A model generated the notes under the pieces. It saw nothing but the letters and a program-made list of their open reading frames with translations. It was not told the DNA's origin and made no database searches. The translations under genes were made by a program, and so were the position numbers. This document shows, in pieces, positions 8,819 to 18,043 of a DNA stretch of 64,000 nucleotides. Each line of letters opens with the position of its first letter. Within the stretch, counting starts at the first letter, position 1. This DNA comes from an uncultured Oscillospiraceae bacterium (lineage in GTDB: Bacteria; Bacillota; Clostridia; Christensenellales; CAG-138): assembly GCA_964495255.1 (NCBI GenBank), contig CAZBVC010000005.1, positions 20,496-84,495 on the forward strand. Reading direction: 5' to 3'.

Positions 8819-10216
8819 ATGAACGAACCGAGAAAGCCGCGCCTTGGCGTGCTGGCGCTGATGCTCGAAGCATACGAGCCGCTGTTCCCCGGCATCACGG
8901 CGTCGCAGGAGCGCTATCTGACGGGCGTGCTGAACGCGCTCAAACAAACGGCGGATTTCGTGTTTCCCAAGATCGCCCTCTGCCGCGAGGATATCGAGGG
9001 CTTGGTCAAGCAGTATAATGCCGACGATCTGGACGGCGTCGTGATCTTCCTCCTGTCCTATTCGCAGGGGCAATACCTCGTTCGCGCCATGCAGGGGAAT
9101 CGTCTGCCGCTCGCGCTGGCGCTGATTCAACCCGACGAAACGGCGGACGAAGCGTTTGGTGAATGGGAGCTGACCGTCAATCAGGGCATTCACGGCTCGC
9201 AGGACAACGCAAACTGCCTCATGCGCGCGGGCATTCCCTGCGCGTTTTACGCGGGCAGCCGTCATGGCGACGGGCTCATGAAGTTCCTTGCGGATTTCGG
9301 CGCGGCGGCGCAAACGAAGCGCGCGCTGCAAACGATGCGCATCGGCGTGATCGGCAAGCTCGCGGGCATGGGGGACGTAATCACCGACGACATGGCGTTT
9401 TACCGCAAGCTCGGCCCGGAATTCGTTTACGATTCGATCGGCGCGGTGACGCGCTGCTGCGAGAGCGTTACAAAAGAGGAGATCGAGAAGCGCGTTTCGT
9501 TCGACCGAACGATCTTCGAGGTGGACGAGAAGCTGCCGCCCGAGCGCCACGCATACGCCGTGATGCTCTATCTGGGCTTGAAAAAGTATCTCGAAGAGAA
9601 CGGCTACGCGGGCTTTACGGCGCATTTTGAGGAATTTGGCGCGGACGGGCGCTATACGCAGCTACCCTTGCTTGCGGCGAGCCATCTGCTTGCCGACGGT
9701 TATGGTTACGCGGCGGAGGGCGACGCTTCCTGCGCGGCGATGGTCGCGGCGATGACGCTCCTTTGCGGGCAGGCGAACTTTTCCGAGATGTATATGATGG
9801 ATCTTGTGCGCGGCGCGATTCTGCTTTGTCACGCGGGCGAGGGAAACTGGGCGACGGCGCGGCGCGACAGGAAGCCGTTTTTGATGGATCGTGTGTTCAA
9901 CGAAGGAGGCTTGTCCAATCCGCCTACGCCGATCTTTACGCCCGAGCCTGGGCGCGCGAGCGTGATGAGCCTTGTGCATGTAAGCGGCGAAAGGTTCCGC
10001 CTTGTTTGCGCGCATGGTGAAATATTGGACGAATGCGGGCTGAAAAAATGCGACATGCCGTACCTGTTTTTCCGTCCCGATTCGGGCGTCGAGCCGTGCG
10101 TCAAGCGCTGGCTCGAACTGGGCGGCACGCATCACGAAACCATCGTGCAAGGCGACTTTGCATCGCGGATCCGCCTTTTCTGCCGCCTACTGGACGTTGA
10201 ACTTTGCGAGATCTGA
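8819..10216 (+). CDS. L-arabinose isomerase (AraA) family aldose-ketose isomerase, substrate unknown
   Basis: 465 aa. By-eye colinearity with AraA: FTAHFE, GYGYAAEGD, FSEMY, LCHAGEGN, GGTHHET. The Glu/Glu/His/His positions appear retained. Confidence 0.75.
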   Translation: MNEPRKPRLGVLALMLEAYEPLFPGITASQERYLTGVLNALKQTADFVFPKIALCREDIEGLVKQYNADDLDGVVIFLLSYSQGQYLVRAMQGNRLPLALALIQPDETADEAFGEWELTVNQGIHGSQDNANCLMRAGIPCAFYAGSRHGDGLMKFLADFGAAAQTKRALQTMRIGVIGKLAGMGDVITDDMAFYRKLGPEFVYDSIGAVTRCCESVTKEEIEKRVSFDRTIFEVDEKLPPERHAYAVMLYLGLKKYLEENGYAGFTAHFEEFGADGRYTQLPLLAASHLLADGYGYAAEGDASCAAMVAAMTLLCGQANFSEMYMMDLVRGAILLCHAGEGNWATARRDRKPFLMDRVFNEGGLSNPPTPIFTPEPGRASVMSLVHVSGERFRLVCAHGEILDECGLKKCDMPYLFFRPDSGVEPCVKRWLELGGTHHETIVQGDFASRIRLFCRLLDVELCEI

Positions 10217-10233
10217 TGAAAAGGGAGGAAACC

Positions 10234-11781
10234 ATGCTGCAAAACATTCGGCTTTCGTTGACGGATCTGGTCGGCAGGGACTATATTTGCGCGGTCTGTG
10301 CGGCGCGAAGCGCGCTGACGGGGGAGGATGAAAAGGCGCTGCTTGCGTATGCGAACACGCCCGTTGCGTTTTATCCCGAACCCTTTGCCGCACGACAGGA
10401 CGCGCTGATGGAGCGGATCGGGCGTTCGATCGCGCAGGCGTTCCCCGATGCGGATGCGGGCGCGCCGACCGATTCCTACCGCAAGGCGCAGCATAGCTTT
10501 GCCGCGCCGCTGTCGGCGTTCGGCTGCTTCCGCGTCGGCGAGGACGGCAGGCTGTATTTTGCGGGCAAGAGTGAGCATTATCATATTCCGCTCGGGCACG
10601 CGTTCCCCGGCTACGCGCTCATCGAGCGCGCAAAGGCGCTCGGCATTCCGAACGCGACACATAACAACACCCGCGGCTATATTACGCGCCTGACCGAGCG
10701 CCGGCTTGTCGCGGCGGCAAACGGGGTTGATCCCGACGACGCGAAGGCGATGGACGCGCTGCTGCAAAAGCGCGAAAGCGGCGTGTTGAATCGCGTCGTC
10801 AACCTGGAAACGGGTTCGCTCGCGGTCGAAGCGGCGCTGAAAATGATGCTCTCGCGCTTCTATCCGATCGACAAGGAGGAAGCGAAATATGCTTCCCGTG
10901 TGCCCGTGTTCCTCGTCATGGCGGATCACGCGGGCGGGATTACGGCGAATTATCACGGAACGACCGTGCTTGCGCAGACGCTGCGCGGGCTTTGGGGGAG
11001 CTATCTGAAAAAGGCGGAGGAGGCGGGACTTTACCGCGTGGTCGGCGTGCCGATCGGCGACGAAAAAGCGTTTGCCGCCGCCATAGAGAAATGGAACACG
11101 CCTCCGTTTAAGACGGCGGGCTTCTGCCATGAGATCATCATGATGAACTATGGCGGCATACGGCAGGAGGAAGCGTTTTTGCAGGCGGCTTACCGCATGT
11201 GCAAAGCGAGCGACACGCCCGTGCTCTGCGACGAAATCCAGTCCTGCGCATGGTACGACGGGCTGTTCCTTTTCCGCAAATACGGCTTGACGCCCGATTT
11301 TGTATCTGTCGGCAAGGGCTTCCCGGGCGGCAATTATCCCGCGAGCCGCATTTTGGTCAGCGGCGCGTTTGATTCTTTGAATCAGTTTGGCGCGCTGGTC
11401 ACGAACGGGCAGGAGGAGCTTGCGAGCCTCGCCTACCTCGTCACGATGGCGTTTATCGGGGAAAACAGGGCGCATATCGAAACCTGCGGCGCGTACTATC
11501 ATGAAAAGCTCGTTTCGCTTGCGAAGAAGCACGATTCCGTCTGCACGGGCTGCATGGGCGACGCGCATATGAGCGCGCTGTGTTTTTCGGATGTGAATCA
11601 GGCGGTTGCGTTCTGTACGCGGCTGCAAAATGAGTTCGGCGTGGATATCAGCGCGCAGACGTATAAACCGAGCTGTCCGCCCGTTGCGCTGACAAAGCTG
11701 CCGCTCATCGTGTCCGAACGGATGATCGACCTGCTCATTGCGGCGATGGATCGCTGCCTGAACGAAATGGAGAGGGAATAA
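10234..11781 (+). CDS. Class III (fold-type I) aminotransferase-like PLP enzyme, atypical
   Basis: Track ORF 10204..11781 trimmed to ATG 10234 (AAGGGAGG RBS). Has DEIQSC and VGKGFPGG (PLP-lysine context). The N-terminal extension is about 100 aa. Confidence 0.7.
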   Translation: MLQNIRLSLTDLVGRDYICAVCAARSALTGEDEKALLAYANTPVAFYPEPFAARQDALMERIGRSIAQAFPDADAGAPTDSYRKAQHSFAAPLSAFGCFRVGEDGRLYFAGKSEHYHIPLGHAFPGYALIERAKALGIPNATHNNTRGYITRLTERRLVAAANGVDPDDAKAMDALLQKRESGVLNRVVNLETGSLAVEAALKMMLSRFYPIDKEEAKYASRVPVFLVMADHAGGITANYHGTTVLAQTLRGLWGSYLKKAEEAGLYRVVGVPIGDEKAFAAAIEKWNTPPFKTAGFCHEIIMMNYGGIRQEEAFLQAAYRMCKASDTPVLCDEIQSCAWYDGLFLFRKYGLTPDFVSVGKGFPGGNYPASRILVSGAFDSLNQFGALVTNGQEELASLAYLVTMAFIGENRAHIETCGAYYHEKLVSLAKKHDSVCTGCMGDAHMSALCFSDVNQAVAFCTRLQNEFGVDISAQTYKPSCPPVALTKLPLIVSERMIDLLIAAMDRCLNEMERE

Positions 11782-11783
11782 CC

Positions 11784-12926
11784 ATGTCAAATCAAGTGAA
11801 ATTCGGCGTAATCGGCTGCGGACTCATGGGCCGCGAGTTTGCGAGCGCATCCATGCGCTGGCTGCATCTGAAAGCGGATCTGCCGCGCCCGACCATCGTC
11901 GCCGCATGTGACCTTTCGGACGCGAACCTCGATTGGTTCCGCCGCGACCCCGACGTGCGCTTTTTTTACCACGACTATCACGAGCTGCTGCAAAACTCCG
12001 AAATCGAAGCGGTTTACTGCGCCGTACCGCATCATCTGCACAGCGCGGTCTATTGCGACGTTATCCGCGCGGGCAAGCATCTGATCGGCGAAAAGCCGTT
12101 CGGCATGGACATTGCCGCGATGAAGGAGATTCGTGCGGCGATGGCGGAAAATCCGCAGGTGTTCGTGCGCTGTGCGAGCGAGTTTCCGTTCTATCCCGCC
12201 GTGCAGCAGATTGCGCGCTGGTACAAAGACGGCGCGTTCGGTCAGATTTTGGAGGCGCGCTTTGCCATCAAGCATTCGTCCGACATGGATCTGAACAAGC
12301 CGATCAACTGGAAACGCACGGTTTCGGCAAACGGCGAATACGGCTGTATGGGCGACCTTGGCATCCATACGCAGCATCTGCCGTTTCGACTGGGTCTAAA
12401 CCCGCAAACCGTAAGCGCGCAGCTCGCAAACCTTGTGAAAACGCGTCCCGATCGAGACGGAAACCCCGTGCCCTGTGAAACATGGGACAATGCGCTTTTG
12501 CTCTGCGGCGGCGAAAACGGCGCGGGCGACCGTTTCCCGATGCTGTTTGAGATGAAGCGCATGGCGCCCGGCTGCACGAACACGGTCGAATACGAAATCA
12601 GCGGGATGCTTTTTTCCGCACGGTTTACGACGGACGACCCCAACGCCGTTCACTTTACGAAAAACGACGGGCGCGAGCAGGCGTGGAGCCGCCTTGTGAT
12701 CGGCAACAAGCCCCTGTATCCCACCGTTACGGGCGATATCTTCGAATTTGGTTTTTCGGATTCGATTTTGCAGATGTTTGCCGCGTTCGTTTCCGAGCTG
12801 CGGGGCTTGCCCTGCGAATTCGGCTGCTTTACGCCCGACGAAGCGCTGGAAAGCCATCGCCTTCTGACCGCCGCGCTCGTTTCGGAGCGCGAGGGCCGCG
12901 CGGTTATGCTGAACGAGATCGATTGA
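11784..12926 (+). CDS. Gfo/Idh/MocA family oxidoreductase (second copy)
   Basis: KFGVIGCGLMG Rossmann motif and GEKP motif. Starts 3 nt after the upstream stop. Confidence 0.85.
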   Translation: MSNQVKFGVIGCGLMGREFASASMRWLHLKADLPRPTIVAACDLSDANLDWFRRDPDVRFFYHDYHELLQNSEIEAVYCAVPHHLHSAVYCDVIRAGKHLIGEKPFGMDIAAMKEIRAAMAENPQVFVRCASEFPFYPAVQQIARWYKDGAFGQILEARFAIKHSSDMDLNKPINWKRTVSANGEYGCMGDLGIHTQHLPFRLGLNPQTVSAQLANLVKTRPDRDGNPVPCETWDNALLLCGGENGAGDRFPMLFEMKRMAPGCTNTVEYEISGMLFSARFTTDDPNAVHFTKNDGREQAWSRLVIGNKPLYPTVTGDIFEFGFSDSILQMFAAFVSELRGLPCEFGCFTPDEALESHRLLTAALVSEREGRAVMLNEID

Positions 12927-12953
12927 GAAACCACATCGGGAAGGAGGCTTCGT

Positions 12954-14744
12954 ATGGAACGGTTCGGACACGGAATTGCCGCGCTTGACGCAGAGAGAAC
13001 CACGCTCTATGTCCCAAAGCAGCGTCCCGGGTTTGTCGCCTGGGCGAGCGCGTTTACCTTTCCCGACGGCAGGATCGGGCTTTCGTTCAAGGAGACGGTG
13101 CGCGGAAAGGATCCCGCGTATCGCGCGCCGAAGCTGGAACTGGGCGAGGCGGTCGGCGCGCCCGTATCGTATTGCTCCGTGGAGTGCGGGAGCGAGACGG
13201 AGCGTTCCTATCGCGTATACGGCGTTTCAAGCGACGGCGGAAAAACGTTTCATGAGACGGGGCGCTGTCCGCTGGACGAAGGCGCGTTTTGCAACGTGGG
13301 TTTACGGGACGGCACGCTGATCGGCTATGACGTTGCGCGCGTCAACGCGGCGGGAACGGGCTGGTGCGAATTCATCCGTGTCAGCCGCAGCACGGACGGC
13401 GGCACGACGTGGGAGACGGCCGCGCATCTGCTGGACGGTACCGCACCGTATCTTTGGCGCGTGCGCACGCTGCGCGACGGCACGATACTGCTCCTGCTCA
13501 GCCTATACGGAACGCCTTGGGGCGAGGGGAAAGCGCGAACGACGCGCAACACGATGCTGCCGGGCGAAACCTACCAAAACAAAATTCAAACCTGCTTTCT
13601 CAGCGGAACGGACGGCGTGCATTTTTCGGGGCCGCATTATGTTTTACCCGGCATCGGCGCGCATGAGTACGACGTTGCGGAGTGTGCGGACGGGCGGCTT
13701 TTGTTCCTCGCGGGGGACGTGCAGGCGACGCCCGTCGGCAGGCAGTTTGTCACGCGGCAGGGCGATGCGTATATAAACGGCACGCTTTACGGAATCAAGC
13801 GCGGCGCGCCAACCAATCCGCAGCGGGATAAGCAGGGCGGGTTCGTGCCCGAAAGCGTGGTCATGCTGGAAAACGATCTGCTCGTCGGAAGCCGCCGCGG
13901 CAAGCCCTATTCCGCAAGCAACGATTACGGCGAGAACTGGTACGAGATCGACGGACTGCCGCATAGCCTGTATCAGCCGTTTATGATCGCGCAAAGCGAC
14001 CAAACGGTGCTGAATTTCGGGCATGTCGGCGGGGACGACGCGTTCGGGCAGCAGGACATGGTGATCGGCGTCGATCGTTTCCGCGTGGAAAACCATCTGC
14101 CCGAAGCCTGCGCGCTGACGCTCTCGCGCGACATGGACGCGGCGCATAAGCAATATCAAAACGCATATTCCGCGCGTCTGACGGTCGGGGAAGAAGCCGC
14201 TGTGGGCGAGGCGGTGTGTTTTCGAGCGTCTTCGTTCTGGAACGCGGACGGAACGGTCAACACCGCGCCGCAGGACGACGCGCCATATCAGATTTGCGCG
14301 GTCACGGACGAAAACGGCGTTGCGACGGCGCGCTTTCCGATGTTCGACAACATTCCCGACATTCATTTTTACTATAACATCGACGTGGTGTTCCGCCCGA
14401 AGCACACGGGAAAGGCGCCATGCGACGGCCCCATGATGTGCGAGGCGGCGATGACCCCGCGGCGCTTCTGCCGCTATCCGTATGAGACGTATCTTGCGGG
14501 CGGCAAGCTGTATCTTTCGCCCGATTTCCTCGCGCGCTTTCCGAACGCGATTACGCTGCTCGAACCGCTTTATGGCGGCGACGGCGTGGCGGATGGCGTT
14601 TTGCCCGAGGATTTGATCGAGGCACTGGAAAAAACGCGCGTTTTGCAAAAAACAGACGCGGGACTGCTTTGGTACAAGAGCACGCACGCGGAAAAACCGC
14701 TTTTGGAAGCGGCGCCGATGGGCAGCGGCGACTGGTATGAATAA
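12954..14744 (+). CDS. BNR/Asp-box repeat beta-propeller protein (sialidase-like fold), no signal peptide
   Basis: 596 aa with a GGAAGGAGG RBS. Three Asp-box motifs: SSDGGKTF, STDGGTTW, SNDYGENW. The N-terminus MERFGHGIAALDAE is not a secretion signal. Confidence 0.75.
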   Translation: MERFGHGIAALDAERTTLYVPKQRPGFVAWASAFTFPDGRIGLSFKETVRGKDPAYRAPKLELGEAVGAPVSYCSVECGSETERSYRVYGVSSDGGKTFHETGRCPLDEGAFCNVGLRDGTLIGYDVARVNAAGTGWCEFIRVSRSTDGGTTWETAAHLLDGTAPYLWRVRTLRDGTILLLLSLYGTPWGEGKARTTRNTMLPGETYQNKIQTCFLSGTDGVHFSGPHYVLPGIGAHEYDVAECADGRLLFLAGDVQATPVGRQFVTRQGDAYINGTLYGIKRGAPTNPQRDKQGGFVPESVVMLENDLLVGSRRGKPYSASNDYGENWYEIDGLPHSLYQPFMIAQSDQTVLNFGHVGGDDAFGQQDMVIGVDRFRVENHLPEACALTLSRDMDAAHKQYQNAYSARLTVGEEAAVGEAVCFRASSFWNADGTVNTAPQDDAPYQICAVTDENGVATARFPMFDNIPDIHFYYNIDVVFRPKHTGKAPCDGPMMCEAAMTPRRFCRYPYETYLAGGKLYLSPDFLARFPNAITLLEPLYGGDGVADGVLPEDLIEALEKTRVLQKTDAGLLWYKSTHAEKPLLEAAPMGSGDWYE

Positions 14745-14777
14745 GCGGACGCGGTAAAAGCGCGCGTCGGGGCAAGC

Positions 14778-14804
14778 AAAAGGAGCGGACGACCCGCTCC
14801 TTTT
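14778..14804. terminator. Bidirectional rho-independent terminator between convergent genes
   Basis: AAAAGGAGCGG-acgac-CCGCTCCTTTT: a perfect 11-bp stem with an A-tract on one side and a T-tract on the other. Confidence 0.8.
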
Positions 14805-14839
14805 CAGTCTGTCGAAAAACGTGGTTCTACACAAAACCG

Positions 14840-15598
14840 TTATCCGCGCAGCGCGGGCAGACCCGCGTTTGCGCCCGCAAGCAGCAGCCCGACGTCGCTG
14901 TTCCACATGTTCATTTGCATACCCGCCTTGATCCAGGGCAGAAGCGGAGCGGCGGAGCCGAAATGCGCGCCGCTGAATTTGTCGTGCTTCGCGGCGGACG
15001 CGACGACCGCAGCGATTGCCGAAACGATCTCGGGATCGTCAAATTGCCCGAGCTTGCCATAGTCCTGGCTTAGGTCGTTGGGCCCGATCAGCGCAACGTC
15101 AACGCCGTCAACCGCCATGATCTCGTCGATATGCCGAACGCCCGCTCGGCTTTCGATTTGGCAGAGCAAAAGCGTTTCGTCGTTGGAAGCGGACATATAT
15201 TCGCGCCCGTTCACCTTGCGAAAATCCGTGTGCGGGCGGGAAAGCGACACGCCGCGATGCCCAAGCGGGGCGTATTTTGTACAGTCAACGAGCATACGCG
15301 CCTGTTCCGCCGATTCCGTGTTGGGCAAAAGCAGCCCGTTCGCGCCCATCTCTATATATTTCAGCGCGTGCTCGCGCCGCATTTCGGGGATGCGCACCAA
15401 GGCAGGCATACCGATTCCGCGCGCAACGGCGATCAAATTCGCCGCCTCCCGCGTGGTGAAGGAACCATGCTCGCAGTCGATGATGAAAAAGTCGAAGCCC
15501 GCGTTTTGCATGAGCTTTGCAAGATCCACGCAGGAAAACGTCGTTACCATGGTGCCAATCAGCTTTTCGCCGCCGCGCAGCCGTGCTTTCAGGTTCAT
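14840..15598 (-). CDS. HpcH/HpaI family 2-keto-3-deoxy-acid aldolase
   Basis: Track ORF 14840..16144 trimmed to ATG 15598 (252 aa). Motifs FFIIDCEHG, CQIES, IGPNDLS. Confidence 0.8.
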   Translation of the reverse strand: MNLKARLRGGEKLIGTMVTTFSCVDLAKLMQNAGFDFFIIDCEHGSFTTREAANLIAVARGIGMPALVRIPEMRREHALKYIEMGANGLLLPNTESAEQARMLVDCTKYAPLGHRGVSLSRPHTDFRKVNGREYMSASNDETLLLCQIESRAGVRHIDEIMAVDGVDVALIGPNDLSQDYGKLGQFDDPEIVSAIAAVVASAAKHDKFSGAHFGSAAPLLPWIKAGMQMNMWNSDVGLLLAGANAGLPALRG

Positions 15599-15626
15599 AC
15601 GGTTCAGCCCCTTTCCGATTGCCGTT

Positions 15627-16640
15627 TCACGCAAGGTCGATAAGCGCGACGGATTCGATCGAGCAAGGATCGCTCTTGGCAAGCGCCTCGACCTCTGCGC
15701 GCGTGGGCAGCGCAAAACCGATTGCCCCGCGCTTTTTGACCACAAGCGTTCCCGCACAGTTGCAAAACAGCGCCGCGTCCCGAAGCGACATGCCGCGCTG
15801 CAAAGCGCAAAGAAGCGCCGCGTCGAACGTATCGCCCGCGCCCGTTGGGTCGATGACGGGAACGTCGATCCCGCCGCATAAAACAACGCTGCCGCCGGCG
15901 CTGAGAACCGCGCCGTCCTTATCCCGCGTGAGCGCAACGACGGAGGGTCCCATCGCGTGCAGCGCGCGCAGAACGTTGCCGACGGTCTGTTCGCCCGTAA
16001 TGAAGCGCGCCTCGTCCAGCGTGGGCGCAACGACGTCCGCCAAACACAGCGCGTCGCGCATACGCGTTTGCGCCGCCTCGCTTTGACCCATTTCGAAGCG
16101 AATGTTCGGATCAAAGCTGAACAATACGCCGTTTGCCTTGGCAAAACGCGCCGCCGCCATGCTCGCCTCGCGCATCCGCTCGTTGAGTTCGAGCAGCATG
16201 CCGGGAAAGTGAAGCGCGTAAGCCCGCTTCAAATAGGCGTAATCCAGCTCGTCCTCGCCAAAGCGGCTGCCGACCGAATCGTTGCGGTAATATTGATAGT
16301 TGCGCTTACCGCTTCCGAGATGTTCCAAAAACGCAAGCCCGATTTGCCCCTCGTCGGAATGAACGACGCGGCTCAAATCGACGCCCGTTTCCGCGATCGT
16401 GTCGTAAACCATGCGGCTCAACGCGTCGTTGCCGATCTTGCCGAGAAAGCCGCTTTTCGCGCCCAAAAGCGCCGCCGCGCATGCGCAGATGCCCGCGCTG
16501 CCGCTCGCCGTTTTGAGCACGGTGCCCGGCGATGCAATACGCCCGTCAAAATCGGTCGGGATCAAATCGACGAGAAGCTCCCCCAGCGTCAAGATGATTC
16601 CGTTCGGGTTTGCGGAGCGTGCAATACTGTTGTAATCCAT
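15627..16640 (-). CDS. PfkB family sugar/keto-deoxy-sugar-acid kinase
   Basis: Track ORF starts at TTG 16694. I prefer ATG 16640 (MDYNS...). Ribokinase-like signature VIDPTGAGDTF near the C-terminus. Confidence 0.8.
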   Translation of the reverse strand: MDYNSIARSANPNGIILTLGELLVDLIPTDFDGRIASPGTVLKTASGSAGICACAAALLGAKSGFLGKIGNDALSRMVYDTIAETGVDLSRVVHSDEGQIGLAFLEHLGSGKRNYQYYRNDSVGSRFGEDELDYAYLKRAYALHFPGMLLELNERMREASMAAARFAKANGVLFSFDPNIRFEMGQSEAAQTRMRDALCLADVVAPTLDEARFITGEQTVGNVLRALHAMGPSVVALTRDKDGAVLSAGGSVVLCGGIDVPVIDPTGAGDTFDAALLCALQRGMSLRDAALFCNCAGTLVVKKRGAIGFALPTRAEVEALAKSDPCSIESVALIDLA

Positions 16641-16722
16641 ATCCACCACCGATGCGCTGCCGCGCTTTCTTATTCGGACTTTGTATGTTGACAATCAAAA
16701 AACACTAAAAGTTCTAATCAAT

Positions 16723-16752
16723 AATATAGCAAATAACTAATAATCTTGTCAA
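16723..16752 (-). promoter_or_regulatory. Putative promoter of the PfkB-HpcH operon
   Basis: Minus strand: TTGACA (16752-16747), 18-nt spacer, TATATT (16728-16723). The spacer contains an ATTATTAG motif. Confidence 0.5.
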
Positions 16753-16776
16753 GGAACGCGGACGATTCTTTCGACG

Positions 16777-16807
16777 TTTCTTGCAAATTAAGCGAATATG
16801 CAAGAAA
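16777..16807. promoter_or_regulatory. Inverted repeat (9-bp arms), candidate operator
   Basis: TTTCTTGCA-13 nt-TGCAAGAAA in the divergent LacI/PfkB intergenic region. Confidence 0.35.
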
Positions 16808-16843
16808 ACACAGCAAAACTAATGAAATCGCACGTTTTTTTGT

Positions 16844-16872
16844 TTGACAAGAACGGCGGCGTACTCTATAAT
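16844..16872 (+). promoter_or_regulatory. Consensus sigma-A promoter of the LacI-family regulator operon
   Basis: TTGACA (16844-16849), exactly 17 nt, TATAAT (16867-16872). Confidence 0.6.
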
Positions 16873-16936
16873 TTTATTAGATTTATTAGCCGATGCGAAT
16901 CGGTCTGATCGGATTTGTTAATAGGAGCATATTTAT

Positions 16937-18043
16937 ATGAACGCCAAGAAAAAAGTTACGTCCGGCGACGTCGCCGCGCGCGCGGGCGTCTCGCAGTCCG
17001 CCGTCTCGCTGATTTTGAACGGCAGCAGCAAGGTCGTGTTCAACGAGGAGACAAAGGAGCGCGTGATTGCCGCGGCGGCGGAGCTCGGTTACCAAACGCC
17101 GAAACGAAAAAGGCGGCGCGCTGCGGAAAAGGGAGGTCTGCTCCTTTTGTTTACGCCGACGCTCGTCAACCCGTTTTACGCGGAGATTGTGCAGACGACC
17201 GAGACATACGCCGAGGCGTGCGGCTATCGCGTGCTCGTATGCAACACGCTTCGCAAACCCGAGCTGGAACGCTATTATCTCGATATGTTTCTCAACAGCC
17301 GCATCGACGGCATCATTTATACGTTTTTACCGAGCTTTCCCGAGCGCATCGAGGCCTTGTGCGGCAGCGTACCCGTCGTGCTGATCGGCGAGAAGCGCTC
17401 CAACGCCTCCATTTGCTCCATCGAGCTGTCCAACGAGCGGGCGGGCGCCATCCTTGCCGACCATTTGTATCAGCTTGGGCATCGCGCGTTCGCGTTTATT
17501 TCAACGCCGTTCAACCAGCTCACGCTTGCGCGTCAGCAGCGGCTGGAAGGTATACGGCAGTTTGCGCGGCAGCACGCGCTTCCCGCAAGCTGTTTGACGA
17601 TACTCGTTCCCGATTCCCAAACGGAAACCGACAGCCCGCATGGCGACATCCCGTATGAATACGCGATCGGCAGAAGCCTGATCGGGCGCGCGCTGGACAG
17701 CGGCTTGAACGCGACGGCGATCATCGGCGTAAACGACATGACCGCGTCGGGCGTAATATCGGAGCTGAAAGCGCGCGGGTTCGCCGTCCCGCAGGATTTC
17801 TCCGTTTGCGGGTTTGACAATATCTTTCCGTCGCTGATTTCTCACCCGCCGCTGACCACGATCGATCACTATCTCGAGGTGCGCTGCAAAGCCGCGGTGG
17901 ATATGATTCTTTCGCAGAAGCGCGATATGTTGGAAACGCCCGTGCAGCCGATCATCAATAAGGTCGAGTATTCGCCTCGGCTGATCGTTCGGGAATCGAC
18001 GGGCGTTGCGCGGCAGGGCGCGGCAAAGGGGGAGAACGCATGA
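16937..18043 (+). CDS. LacI family transcriptional regulator
   Basis: N-terminal HTH VTSGDVAARAGVSQSAVSLILNG, followed by a periplasmic-binding-protein-like sugar-sensor domain. Confidence 0.9.
   Translation: MNAKKKVTSGDVAARAGVSQSAVSLILNGSSKVVFNEETKERVIAAAAELGYQTPKRKRRRAAEKGGLLLLFTPTLVNPFYAEIVQTTETYAEACGYRVLVCNTLRKPELERYYLDMFLNSRIDGIIYTFLPSFPERIEALCGSVPVVLIGEKRSNASICSIELSNERAGAILADHLYQLGHRAFAFISTPFNQLTLARQQRLEGIRQFARQHALPASCLTILVPDSQTETDSPHGDIPYEYAIGRSLIGRALDSGLNATAIIGVNDMTASGVISELKARGFAVPQDFSVCGFDNIFPSLISHPPLTTIDHYLEVRCKAAVDMILSQKRDMLETPVQPIINKVEYSPRLIVRESTGVARQGAAKGENA

Noticed and set aside
10132-11790. 552-aa minus-strand ORF. The same applies to 6903..8057, 13644..14906, 19067..20344, 23926..25347, 49936..50991, 52534..53673, 53180..54427, 57000..58388 and 59169..61241.
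   Set aside because: All of these lie antisense to genes with strong family signatures. They have Arg-rich, motif-free translations and are high-GC frame shadows.
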